A stretch of 50,192 nt of DNA from Octopus sinensis. Its lineage: Eukaryota. The stretch lies in NCBI RefSeq assembly GCF_006345805.1, contig NW_021834271.1:1-50192 (forward strand). Reading direction: 5' to 3'. Of this stretch, positions 1 through 11,512 are shown piece by piece. Position 1 is the stretch's first letter. Each line of letters starts with the position of its first letter. Under the pieces are notes generated by a model. The model searched no databases. It was given only the letters and a program-made list of their open reading frames with translations, and was not told the origin of the DNA. The translations under genes were made by a program, and so were the position numbers.

Positions 1-835
1 TAGCAGTCTATTGTTAAATATCTGCTCCACGGTTCTCCTTTGGGGGACTAAATCCTGTCTGTTCTGCAAGGATTTCTTCTATCTTTCCCTGAAGTCTGTT
101 TAGCAATACTCTTTGCAATGCTTTGCTGAGGTGGCTGATTGTTCTATAATTCTGGCAGATTCTTAAGTTACCTTTCTTTGTTGTTGCTTGTTCCTTTTCG
201 AGCCATGCCTGGCTCATAAGGCCCGGTTTCCCGGTTTCTTGGCGTATAAGTTCTCCCACCTTGTCGGGACGCCGGTCCGTCGCAGGTGAGCTGCAAGATG
301 CAGGAGGAAAGAGTGAGAGAAAGTTGTGGCGAAAGAGTCAGCAGAAGTTCGCCTTTACCTTCTGCCGGAGCCGCTTGGAGCTTAAGCGTTTCGCTCATAA
401 ACACACACATCATCCGGTCTGACATTCGAACCCGCGATCCCTCGACCGCGAGTCCTCTTCTCTAACCACTAGGCCATGTGCCTCCACAGTTACCTTTCTT
501 GGGGAATGGGTATCATCAGTGAGTGAGTCCTTTGACCTCTACTTCGCCTCCCATATCTTCAGACATGCAACTCTTCGTAGTGCCTTGATAAATTTTGGCC
601 CTCCATGTCTTAGGGACACTGATGAGATGCTATCCACTCCTGAGAATTTTCCATCTTTGAGCATGCGCACTGCCTCTTCGACTTCCTTCTGAAGAATTGA
701 AATATCCTCAAGTTCTCTGTAATTGTTGTTGTTGGAATTGTCTAGGATGTTGATATCATGTCTGAGTTTGTGATTAAAAAGTCGTAGTACCCAGACCATC
801 TTCTGACGACATTTCTACATTTTGCACTCAACTTA
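1..835 (-). mobile_element. RTE-clade LINE fragment (N-terminal RT region), interrupted by a SINE at 179-487
   Basis: Minus-strand peptides ILQKEVEEAVRMLKDGKFSGVDSISSVSLRHGG...KIWEAK (539-799) and KKGNLRICQNYRTIS...LLNRLQGKIEEILAEQTGF (14-180) match the RTE/BovB pre-RT pattern. The KKGN codons rejoin when the insertion is removed. Confidence 0.85.
179..487 (-). mobile_element. tRNA-derived SINE, family C, with 13 bp target-site duplication
   Basis: Minus strand starts GTGGAGGCACATGGCCTAGTGG (A box) and has GGTTCGAATGTC (B box), ending in an AAC-rich tail. TSD AGTTACCTTTCTT at 166-178 and 488-500. A related copy lies at 23829-24079. Confidence 0.9.
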
Positions 836-1529
836 TTCGTTAGCTTTCATCTTTTTAAATAGTCGTCTGGCTGTAAATAGAAAACACTTTATCTGATAAT
901 GTAAACTTTAAGAGATTAATTCTTTTGCTTCTTCATTTTTTTTTTACTATTTTTTACTCTTATTTTTGAATTACATATATTCCAATTGAGTTTAATTTTG
1001 TCACAGTATTTAAAATGTTTGGATAATGTGTTTCGTTAAGAAACAAAATCAAAACAAAAAGATAAAAAATAAAATAAAAAATATAAACTCAAAATAAGGT
1101 AGAAATGTTTTAGCTTAATACAAAGAAATTTTAAAATTAAGAAATTAAAGATATTTGTAATAAAAAGGAAAAATAAAATAAAAGAAGAAAATAATAAACT
1201 AAATGTTGCAAAGATTATTTGATGAACAATTTTAAAAATTTGAATTTAGTTAGCAAATTATAACTTCAGGAGCAACAATTTAAGTTCTTTCTTCTTATTC
1301 CTGTACTTTTTTAGCCTTAATTATTGCTCGTCCAGTCCTTCTTCAAGTTCAATACTTAAGAATATTCTAGAACTCTGCGCCAGCATTTTTCATTCTTATA
1401 AGTAAATATGTTTAAAGATGTATGTATGATATATATCTACACACACACACACACTTTATACACGTATTATATATATATATATATATATATAATATCTATA
1501 TATATAATATATATATAATATAATATATA

Positions 1530-1935
1530 CTAGCAGTATTGTCCGGCGTTGCTGGTTTGTTTCGACCCTTTAGAATTGGAAATTTTTGAAAAGTAAAAAA
1601 TTTGCATTATGTAGCTTGTTATTCTCTTTAAGTGAACATTTTTCTGGTTGAAATACACCGAAAAATCGCGACACAGCAGTCAAAAAATCGTTAAAAAATA
1701 GGAATGTTCATAGAAAAAAAGCGCCTTTTTGATGCAAATAATTTTTGGTGTTAACATGGTCCGATTTGAATTTTATTTTCTACGGAATAAAGAGTAAGCC
1801 CTCTTCTATCATACTCTCAATTTTGGTCAACTTGCGTCGCAGGGTCTCGGAGGAGATAGTGTTAGTTGAAGGCTACCAAACTTTCCACACACAGAGAACT
1901 TCAGATTTTGATATATATATATATATATATATATA
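1530..1935 (-). mobile_element. Non-autonomous Helitron; 3' end clear, 5' end lost in (TA)n
   Basis: Minus strand ends ACAAACCAGCAACGCCGGACAATACTGCTAG|T at 1530, the same 3' terminus as the element at 8780-9174. Confidence 0.65.
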
Positions 1936-2499
1936 CACTTATACATACAATATTTAAGCATGGATCTGAGAAACTTTTGGAGGTTCAGGCTCTGAGATAT
2001 TTTAGTGTGTATGTGAGAGCTGTTCAAACACTAACGACCAATCATTGTTATTGGATCAAGTATTGACCAGTAAGTTTGATTGAAGCATGAAAATATTGAT
2101 TCTAAAAAGGAAAGGAAAATAGCTGTTTGGATATCAAGCCCAGTCACCCAAAAGGTCGAAGAGCAGGAACGTTTCGTGTGATCGACATTTCAGTTTAAAC
2201 AAATAGGTCAATAAACTCTTACGTACTATTGTCTACTTTATTTCGTTAAACGCACACACACACAACAAAGGAGACACACACGCGGAACCAAGCACACATA
2301 CACACACGAACATATGAACATGATTTTATAGTCGTTTATTTGTGTATTATTAAATCAAAATTGTGTATATTCGCTTATTTTTATTGCCACTGTGACGTTT
2401 GTAATGTTTGCAAAATATTCTAAATATAATCAGTTTATATTAAAAAAAAAAAATCAAAGAATTTTGTTTTCGCAAATGTTGTTTTTGTTGAAATATCTT

Positions 2500-2531
<32 letters not shown>

Positions 2532-2668
2532 ACTGGCGGGCTTGTTAGTTTGCAATTTGTGGCAGCGTTTAATAATTACTGACTGTCAACAAACTCTAAA
2601 AAAATAAGAGGGAGCGAATGGTTAGAGATGGGAACCGATAAACAAACAAACACACACACACACACACA

Positions 2669-2705
<37 letters not shown>

Positions 2706-2840
2706 CTATAGGGATATACATATATTTATTTACATACATACTTATATGTATGTACATATATAATAAGATATAAGTATGTATAAATACGTATACATATACA
2801 AATACATGTACGTATATATATATATATATATTATATATAT

Positions 2841-2875
<35 letters not shown>

Positions 2876-3190
2876 CTATATATACATATATGTTATATAT
2901 ATATATACTTTATATCAATTCAGTTGGGCATTACCTTGTAATTATATGTACACACACACACACAAACGCACACGCACGCACACACATACACACCACGTAG
3001 ACGCATTCATAAATAGAGACAGAAATAGTTATATAGCAATAGATATCTATATAACGTCTCTCTCTGTACGTAGGCATATGTGTATGTATATATTATATAT
3101 ATATATATATGTTCATATACATCGATAATTATAGATATATATGTTTACTTATACATACTTATGTATATGTATGTATATATATTCCCTATA

Positions 3191-3221
<31 letters not shown>

Positions 3222-3428
3222 GATATATATATTATATATATATATTATATATATATATATACGTACGTATGTTTATATAATTGCTAAATGTAATGAACTT
3301 ATAAATAGTACCATGTTGTGGGAGTAGATAACTCCATCTTTCAACATGATGTATTGAAATATGATTCAAGTTTGATCCTCTTTTTTAAGGGTTTATCATA
3401 TTACTTTATTAAACTTTTATATTTAATA

Positions 3429-3591
3429 GGCGCAGGAGTGGCTGTGTGGTAAGTAGCTTGGTTACTAACCACATGGTTCCGGGTTCAGTCCCACTGCGTG
3501 GCACCTTGGGCAAGTGTCTTCTTCTATAGCCCCGGGCCGACCAATGCCTTGTGAGTGGATTTGGTAGACGGAAACTCTAAAGAAGCCTGTC

Positions 3592-3635
<44 letters not shown>

Positions 3636-3895
3636 TGTGTGTGTGTTGTGTGTGTGGTCGGTGGTGTGTGTGTGTGTGTAAGTTTGTGTCTCTGTTTGTC
3701 TCCCTAGCATTGTTTGTGTCTCTGTTTGTCCACCGATGCTGGTGTATTTACGTTCCCGTCACTTAGTGGTTCGGCAAAAGAGACCGATAGAATAAGTACT
3801 GGGCTTACAAAGAATAAGTCCCGGGTCGATTTGCTCGACTAAAGGCGGTGCTCCAGCATGGCCGCAGTCAAATGACTGAAACAAGTAAAAAGAAA
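3429..3895 (+). mobile_element. tRNA-derived SINE, family A (GGCGCAGGAGTGGCTGTGTGG head, internal TA/TG microsatellite)
   Basis: Pol III-like head TGGCTGTGTGG...GGTTCAGTCCC, a conserved central block GCCTTGTGAGTGGATTTGGTAGACGGAAAC and tail GACTGAAACAAGTAAAA. Many near-identical copies occur in the window. Confidence 0.9.
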
Positions 3896-3936
3896 AAAAA
3901 AAGAAAGAATATGAAACGGAATGTTTCTAAAATACT

Positions 3937-4147
3937 TTAGTCGTGCGTTTCGAGACTTTCATAGCCACACTTTAAAATTAAACTGTTGCAACAGCGCCTG
4001 GTCCTCGCGTTTTGTGTTAGGTTGCAAAAGATCTTGGAAATAATTTTATAACTGATTAAATAATTCTCCAAGCTGGATGTGGAAATACCTAAACCATAAA
4101 CTCTGGTAGATTTCATGATATCATGGGGATATTTACGTGTGATATAT
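3937..4147 (-). CDS. Candidate host-gene exon, possibly terminal; product unknown
   Basis: Acceptor ttttttatatgtacacag|A. Frame YITRKYPHDIMKSTRVYGLG... is open to TAA at 3937, with a possible internal donor at 4088. Phase-compatible with the 4234-4353 candidate. Confidence 0.35.
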
Positions 4148-4233
4148 CTGTGTACATATAAAAAATTAATAACTGATAACTCGGTAATTTTATAAAGAAT
4201 TACATACACACAAGCGCTTTCACACATACACAC

Positions 4234-4353
4234 AAATCATAACTGCGGAAAATATCTAATAAACCTAAACAGCGCTGCTCGAGGGGGACGATAATGTCGA
4301 AAGATGTGGAAACTGTTGCGACGTTAGTTGAAAGCTGATGAAGGGAGTTTTCT
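4234..4353 (-). CDS. Candidate host-gene exon (120 nt, phase 2-2), overlapping the leftmost 151 bp repeat unit
   Basis: Acceptor tttactcaatgcttgcattgcag|A, open frame ENSLHQLSTNVATVSTSFDIIVPLEQRCLGLLDIFRSYD, donor TT|gtgtgt (weak). Confidence 0.35.
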
Positions 4354-5138
4354 CTGCAATGCAAGCATTGAGTAAAATACTTGATGGCCAGAAACAATCT
4401 AATTGCCAAATAAAATTAAACAGCGCTGCTCGAGGGGGACGATAATGTCGAAAGATGTGGAAATTGTTGCGACGTTAGTTGAAAGCTGATGAAGGGAGTT
4501 TTCTCTGCAATGCAAGCATTGAGTAAAATACTTGATGGCCAGAAACAATCTAATTGCCAAATAAAATTAAACAGCGCTGCTAGAGGGGGACGATAATGTC
4601 GAAAGATGTGGAAACTGTTGCGACGTTAGTCGAAAGCTGATGAAGGGAGTTTTCTCTGCAATGCAAGCATTGAGTAAAATACTTGATGGCCAGAAACAAT
4701 CTAATTGCCAAATAAAATTAAACAGCGCTGCTAGAGGGGGACGATAATGTCGAAAGATGTGGAAACTGTTGCGACGTTAGTCGATAGCTGATGAAGGGAG
4801 TTTTCTCTGGAATGCAAGCATTGAGTAAAATACTTGATGGCCAGAAACAATCTAATTGCCAAATAAAATTAAACAGCGCTGCTAGAGGGGGACGATAATG
4901 TCGAAAAATGTGGAAACTGTTGCGACGTTAGTTGAAAGCTGATGAAGGGAGTTTTCTCTGCAATGCAAGTATTGAGTAAAATACTTGATGGCCAGAAACA
5001 ATCTAATTGCCAAATAAAATTAAACAGCGCTGCTAGAGGGGGACGATAATGTCGAAAGATGTGGAAACTGTTGCGACGTTAGTTGAAAGCTGATGAAGGG
5101 AGTTTTCTCTGCAATGCAAGCATTGAGTAAAATACTTG
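4266..5138. repeat. Tandem array of ~5.8 x 151 bp
   Basis: AGCGCTGCT recurs at 4271, 4422, 4573, 4724, 4875 and 5026 (period 151). Units are nearly identical. Confidence 0.97.
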
Positions 5139-5213
5139 GTGTTTCCCGAGCATGGCTACAGTCCAGTGGCCAGAAACAGTAAAAGTGACTTCAAATAATT
5201 CATACATTCATAC

Positions 5214-5388
5214 AGACATGATGATTGGTCCAACTTCACAAATGAATCTCCTCGTGCTTCCTCGTTTTCAATAGTATTTCTTACTGTTCCGTTCATGGCC
5301 TTCCGGATAACTATTCGGTCCCGTTCCAGATCTGCATGGTTTGGAGTATATATGACAGACGGCTCTTCATCTCGACAGAAGAAAATGC
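5214..5388 (-). CDS. Candidate host-gene exon; product unknown
   Basis: Acceptor aatttcccgtcag|GC; single open frame IFFCRDEEPSVIYTPNHADLERDRIVIRKAMNGTVRNTIENEEARGDSFVKLDQSSC; donors gtaaga (5284) or gtatga (5213). Non-repetitive sequence. Confidence 0.4.
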
Positions 5389-5551
5389 CTGACGGGAAAT
5401 TTGGTACGTGTTAGATATCTTCTGACAGCGATATTTGTATATAAAGAGTTACGCTTATCTATTTCATAACAAGCAGATCATAAAGTAGATGCAAAACAAG
5501 AAATATTCTTAAAACGAAAAAACAAAAAGTTCTTTAAAAGCCAAGAATGAC

Positions 5552-5637
5552 ATTTGAACTCAGAACGATGCGACAGACGAAATACCGCAAAGCATTTCGC
5601 CCGGCGTTCTAACGATTCTGCCGGCTCGCTGCCTTGG
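5552..5637 (-). mobile_element. SINE family B, 5' fragment
   Basis: Reverse complement of the family B head AAGGCAGCGAGCCGGCAGAATCGTTAG...GTTCTGAGTTCAAAT. Confidence 0.8.
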
Positions 5638-5917
5638 AAGATAGCAAATATTAAAAAAAACCAAAAATAAGAATCCCACAAAAACATTAGCAAAAGAATT
5701 TAAAAACCTTTTCTACATTATATTTTGAAACTGTGGTCAATAACAAGCAAGAAGTAAAAAAAAAAGCTAAATAACCAAATGTTTAAATAAATGAATAAAT
5801 AATAAATAAATAAATAAATGAATGAATAAGGAGTTTCTTTCACCGATTCCTTTCACGATTCTGAGATTTAAATTGAACAAGCAATACAATTAACGAAACC
5901 AATTTCAATTTTCTTAC

Positions 5918-6010
5918 GTGAGACGTTGTCGTCGATGCGCTGCCATCAGTTTATGCTAAAAGAAGTTACATTATCGTGACATATGGAGCAGAAGTCAAGC
6001 TTTGATTGTT
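5918..6010 (-). other. Candidate 93 nt exon (phase 1-1) with an in-frame TGA at 5946-5948
   Basis: Acceptor ttttacattcag|AA, donor TCAC|gtaaga. Translation QSKLDFCSICHDNVTSFSIN*WQRIDDNVS. Confidence 0.25.
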
Positions 6011-6149
6011 CTGAATGTAAAACTTGATACTAAAAGAAGAGCTGGGAGAGGGATCGATGGAAGATTGAATAGATAAGGGCTAGAGTAAACAGATATTGTA
6101 TGTAAGAGACAACAATAATATCGCGTGATTAACTTGGAAGCTCAGAGTT

Positions 6150-6595
6150 AAAGAGAGAAAAAAAGAGAGAGAGAGAGAAAGAGACAGGGAGAAAAAGAGA
6201 TAGAGAAAGGGAGGGAGAGAGACAGAGACAGAGATAAAGAGAGAGACAGAGAGAGAAAGAGACAGAGAGAAAAAGAGAGAGAGAGAAAGAGAGACAGAGA
6301 GAAAAGAGAGAGACAGGGAGAGAAAGAGAGAGAGACAGGGTGGGAGAGAGACAAAGAGAAAAAGAGAGAGACAGAGAGAGAAAGAGACAGAGAGAAAAAG
6401 AGAGAGACAGGGAGGGAGAGAGACAGAAAGAAAAAGAGAGAAACAGAGAGAGAAAGAGACAGAGAGAAAAAGAGAGAGAAAGAGACACAGAGAGAAAGAG
6501 ACACAAAGAAAAAGAGAGAGAGACAGGGAGGGAGAGAGACAGAAATAAAAAAGGAGAGACAGGGAGAGAGAGAAAGAGAGAGAAAGCGAGGAGGA
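6150..6595. repeat. (GA)/GAGACA-rich compound microsatellite
   Basis: Direct reading; source of the SLSL/ERER ORFs. Confidence 0.95.
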
Positions 6596-6779
6596 CACGA
6601 AAGATTTATAAACCAATCTGTAAATGAAAACGGATAAAAGAAAAGGGAAACGAGAAAAAACGAAGGTAAAACGCCGAGTCTTAAACATTGAATACAAATG
6701 AGTCATTTTTGGTTTTATGTTGTCCATAATAATAGGTTTTCATTAAAGACTAAATCTACACGCGCGCGAACATACAACC

Positions 6780-7188
6780 TATTTCTTTATTACCCACAAG
6801 GGGCTAAACATAGAGGGGACAAACAAGGACAGACAAAGGGATTAAGTCGACTACATCGACCCCAGTGCGTAACTGGTACTTAATTTATCGACCCCGAAAG
6901 GATGAAAGGCAAAATCGACCTCGGCGGAATTTGAACTCACAACGTAACGGCAAACAAAATATCTATTTCTTTATTACCCACAAGGGGCTAAACATAGAGG
7001 GGACCAACAAGGACAGCCAGACGGATTAAGTCGATTACATCGACCCCAGTGTGTAACTGGTACTTAATTTATCGACCCCGAAAGGATGAAAGGCAAAGTC
7101 GACCTCGGCGGAATTTCAACTCAGAACGTAACGACAGGCGAAATACCGCTAAGCATTTCGCTCGGCGTGCAAACGTTTCTGCCAGCTC
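6780..7188 (-). mobile_element. Tandem pair of family B tRNA-derived SINEs
   Basis: Two consecutive copies of the reverse complement of ...GTCGACTTTGCCTTTCATCCTTTCGGGGTCGATAAATTAAGTACCAG...AGCCCCTTGTGGGTAATAAAGAAATA, joined near 6963. Confidence 0.9.
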
Positions 7189-7218
7189 AATCCAAAGCTA
7201 ACAACCGAGCCATCTGAA

Positions 7219-7256
7219 GCTGGTGAGTTCGATCCTCACCCGGGGCACAATTTTTT
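7219..7256 (+). pseudogene. 3' half of a tRNA(Ile)-like sequence followed by a T run
   Basis: Perfect T arm GTGAG-TTCGATC-CTCAC, then CCGGGGCA and TTTTTT. No 5' half or anticodon arm. Confidence 0.5.
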
Positions 7257-7257
7257 A

Positions 7258-7680
<423 letters not shown>

Positions 7681-7989
7681 TTACAGAATTTGAATTTGGG
7701 GATAGTTATCTGTTAAACACACACGTACACACAAGTATATATGCATATAGAGAGAGAGAGAGGGAGAGAGGGGGAGACAGAGAGAGAGAGATGGAGCACG
7801 AGAGAGAAAGAGAGGTACAGACATAAAGAATTTTACATGATTCAGTCTTTCTCTTTCTTTCTTTCTCTACCTCTCTTTTTCCCTCTTTCGCTTCCTCTCT
7901 CTCTCTCCTATCTATCAATCTGTATATATATATATATATATCTGTGCGCATGTATGTGTATGTAAGTGTGGGTGCGTGTGTATGTGAGT

Positions 7990-8026
<37 letters not shown>

Positions 8027-8286
8027 GAAGGAAAAAAAATTGATATATTTCATTTCAAAGCTGAAATCGAAACAAATAAAATAAACCACTTATGCCTAAA
8101 GTAATTGACAGAAAACTTGACAAAAAACAGAAGCTCGCGCATGTGTGCGTGTGTACCTGCGTGCCGGATGTGTGTTTGAGTCGTGTGTGTGTGTGTTTGT
8201 TTGTTTGTTTGTTACGTGTGCATGAGAAAATAATGTCAACAAAACTTACATATAGATACATACGTATATATATATACATATACGTG

Positions 8287-8332
<46 letters not shown>

Positions 8333-8414
8333 ATATATATACATACATACACGTATATACATATATACATACATATAATACATATATATACATATATATA
8401 TATAGATATATATT

Positions 8415-8503
<89 letters not shown>

Positions 8504-8779
8504 GTATGTGTATATGAGAGAGAGAAAATTATAATATAAGCATAACATTTTATAGATATGGAAAAACGACATAGCTCTGGAGGCGTCAACTAAAAAATTT
8601 AAGTGATACCTTTCAGTATCAAGTATGGCAATATATGAAATTAAAACTGAAAGTGAAATATTTACTTTACTGAAATTTGAAAAGAATATCTACGAGACAG
8701 TCAAAAATTATGACTGTCCACAACACACACGCGTATGCACATAAATATATACATATTTATATATAAATATATACACATA

Positions 8780-9174
8780 TCTATATATATAAAAGTGAGG
8801 TTGTGTGGTCTCAGTCTCCTACGATTTAGATTCCTAACTACTCCCACATTTTGCGGTGCAGTTTAACCAAAAGCGGGTATCTTATAGTCGTGATTCATAT
8901 CGATCTCTTCTGGGTATTAGCGCGCGTCTACGATGAGTCTACGATTTAAAAAAAAATTTACCATCAATTTTTCTCATTTTTAATGCATTTTTGGCATATA
9001 TAAGGGAAGTAACTCTCTAAAAATGTATTATTAAATCTCAGAACGTAAAAAGCTACAGTAACATCCCCCTTTGTGGTTAGCCATATTGAGATGGCTATTA
9101 TACTTTACATCTCTAAAAGTGCTTATATAGTTATTTCCCTTACAAACCCGAGCAACGCCGGGCGATACTGCTAG
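8780..9174 (+). mobile_element. Complete non-autonomous Helitron (395 bp)
   Basis: Starts A|TCTATATATATAAAA and ends with the hairpin CCCG-AGCAACGC-CGGG then CTAG|T. It sits between A and T with no TSD. Confidence 0.85.
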
Positions 9175-9458
9175 TGTATACATATATGTATAGATTGATA
9201 GACAGGCAGATAGTCACACAAACAGACAGACTAACAAGCACACAAACGCACAGACACAGAAACACGCAGACTGACACACAGATAGACAGAAAGACAGACA
9301 CATACGCAGACAGACAGACAGACAGACAGGTAGATAGATTGATAGATAGATGTTTATAAATATCCTTCATCGTTTATTTATTTCCAACTTTAGATGCCTA
9401 TTCCATATATATTAAAGTATATTAATTAATTAATTATTTTATTGTTCTAGTTTATTTT

Positions 9459-9546
9459 TAACCTGATGAGTGACTATATTTATATCGATGTGATTTCTCT
9501 ACTACTATAATCATTTCTTAAATATAGCCACGAAACACTTTCGTTA
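9459..9546 (+). ncRNA. Degenerate type I hammerhead-like motif
   Basis: CTGATGA core, 12 bp stem II (GTGACTATATTT/AAATATAGCCAC, one mismatch), GAAAC, and TAAC/GTTA stem I. Stem III is imperfect. Confidence 0.45.
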
Positions 9547-9707
9547 TTCTACAAATTATATACGTTATTATTATTATTTTTTTCCAATTTACTTAATCAT
9601 TGACATTTTATTGTTATTTTAATTTTAATATTTCTACTATATGTAATTTTCTAGATGGTGTAATTTAATTGTTCATTTTGAATTGATAAAAGGTGGGTTT
9701 TTTTCTA

Positions 9708-9749
<42 letters not shown>

Positions 9750-9913
9750 ATATATATTTTATTGTGTGAAATTTGATTTAGTATTTCTAAATTGAATTTT
9801 TTCCTTGTAAGTTTGGATTTTATTCCCTTAAATAATAATCATATATATACATATATATACACACGCGTATTTTCATGTATCCATATATCCACACACACAC
9901 ATTATATATATAT

Positions 9914-9957
<44 letters not shown>

Positions 9958-10054
9958 ATAATATATATATATATATATCTGCGTGTATGTAAGTATAGTT
10001 AAGAGGCTGTGGAAGACTAGTTTTAAAAATTCCAGCATGTGCATATATAAATAA

Positions 10055-10159
<105 letters not shown>

Positions 10160-10179
10160 TGTATATGTATATATAGCGG

Positions 10180-10350
10180 GAAGGTTTACAAAAATAATCA
10201 AAAGAGGAAGGCAGGTGGAGTCAAACAAAACCAAATGTATTTGTATTGCGCTCAGGAATAGAAATAGAAAAAGTCTTTTACGTTTCGAGCCTACGCTCTT
10301 CGACAGAAAGATACAGAGAAAAAAAAAAAAGGAGAGAAAAAATGCGTATA
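10180..10350 (-). mobile_element. Short PLE-type non-autonomous repeat between (TA)n arrays
   Basis: Related copies at 27805-27920 (+) and 41085-41260 (-) share GAAGAGCGTAGGCTCGAAACGT. Confidence 0.6.
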
Positions 10351-10406
10351 GGAGCTAATATATATGTGTGTATATATACATATACATATATATATATATA
10401 TATAGC

Positions 10407-10508
<102 letters not shown>

Positions 10509-10545
10509 ATATATATATACCATGTACACAGACATACACACATAC

Positions 10546-10629
10546 ATATGAAAAACTGAGAAATGTTGAAAGCAAATATTTATAGCAAAGCGAGATGATT
10601 CTCGCAATTGAGAAGCTGGGAGCAATCGT
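10546..10629 (-). other. Candidate 84 nt exon; frame ambiguous
   Basis: Strong acceptor tttttgtttttacag| and donor |gtatgt. Two open frames (TIAPSFSIAR... or RLLPASQLRE...). Confidence 0.3.
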
Positions 10630-11299
10630 CTGTAAAAACAAAAACATAAGTGAAAGGAAAACGAATCCAAGAAATATAAACCCAATAAATATTTATATAT
10701 ATGAAATGCAAAACGAATTTTAAAGAAAAATATGAAATCGTTTAGAAAATTGTAACTGATCAGTATTTTGTAAGAAGCCCTAAATAGTCAAACAGATGGA
10801 TCGCAAATAAGAAGGTAAAATATTTATACCTTGAAAACTGAATATATTATTTTGAAATAGCGAAGTGTATTATATGAAAAGTAAATGACGAAATCGATAT
10901 GTGAAAAAGATATTAAAACACCAGAAACGAGCGGAAGTGTGAAGCTCTGTTTGTCTCGAAAAACCATAGAGATCCATATTTCCATGCATTGGACAGGAAA
11001 TTGCAAGCCTAGAGATCGGTGACTGTTTCATCATAAGACACATGCAAACATACACACGTACATACAAATATACTTACGCTTACCAACCACACACACACAC
11101 ACACACACACATAGCCAAAACACACGCCTGCATGTAAACATGTTTTTTAAAAAAACTTCATACACACATACACTTAAATTTATAAATGACTTAGGATGTA
11201 TGCTGTTGACAGGTTGTGTCTTGGTAACCGTTGTCGCAAAATTCTTGTGCCAAATGTATTTGTTAATATAGAGTTAATATTTACACACATATACATGCC

Positions 11300-11337
<38 letters not shown>

Positions 11338-11435
11338 ATATATAGATTCCTTCTTCCCTCTTTCCTGAGCGCCTAAAATATTACTTTAATGTTCCACGTG
11401 TTGTTGTTTTTTCTGTTTTCCCGTTTGGATTAACG

Positions 11436-11476
<41 letters not shown>

Positions 11477-11512
11477 AAAAAGTTGAGTTGTGGGGTATCG
11501 CACGAGTGGGAT

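Noticed and set aside
4270-4292. CTCF-like motif GCTGCTAGAGGGGG in each 151 bp unit
   Set aside because: Several mismatches to the CTCF core; cannot be supported from sequence alone.
4266-5138. 151 bp array (and the 42 bp array at 11643-11835) as CRISPR
   Set aside because: Units are contiguous with no unique spacers, there are no cas genes, and the context is eukaryotic.
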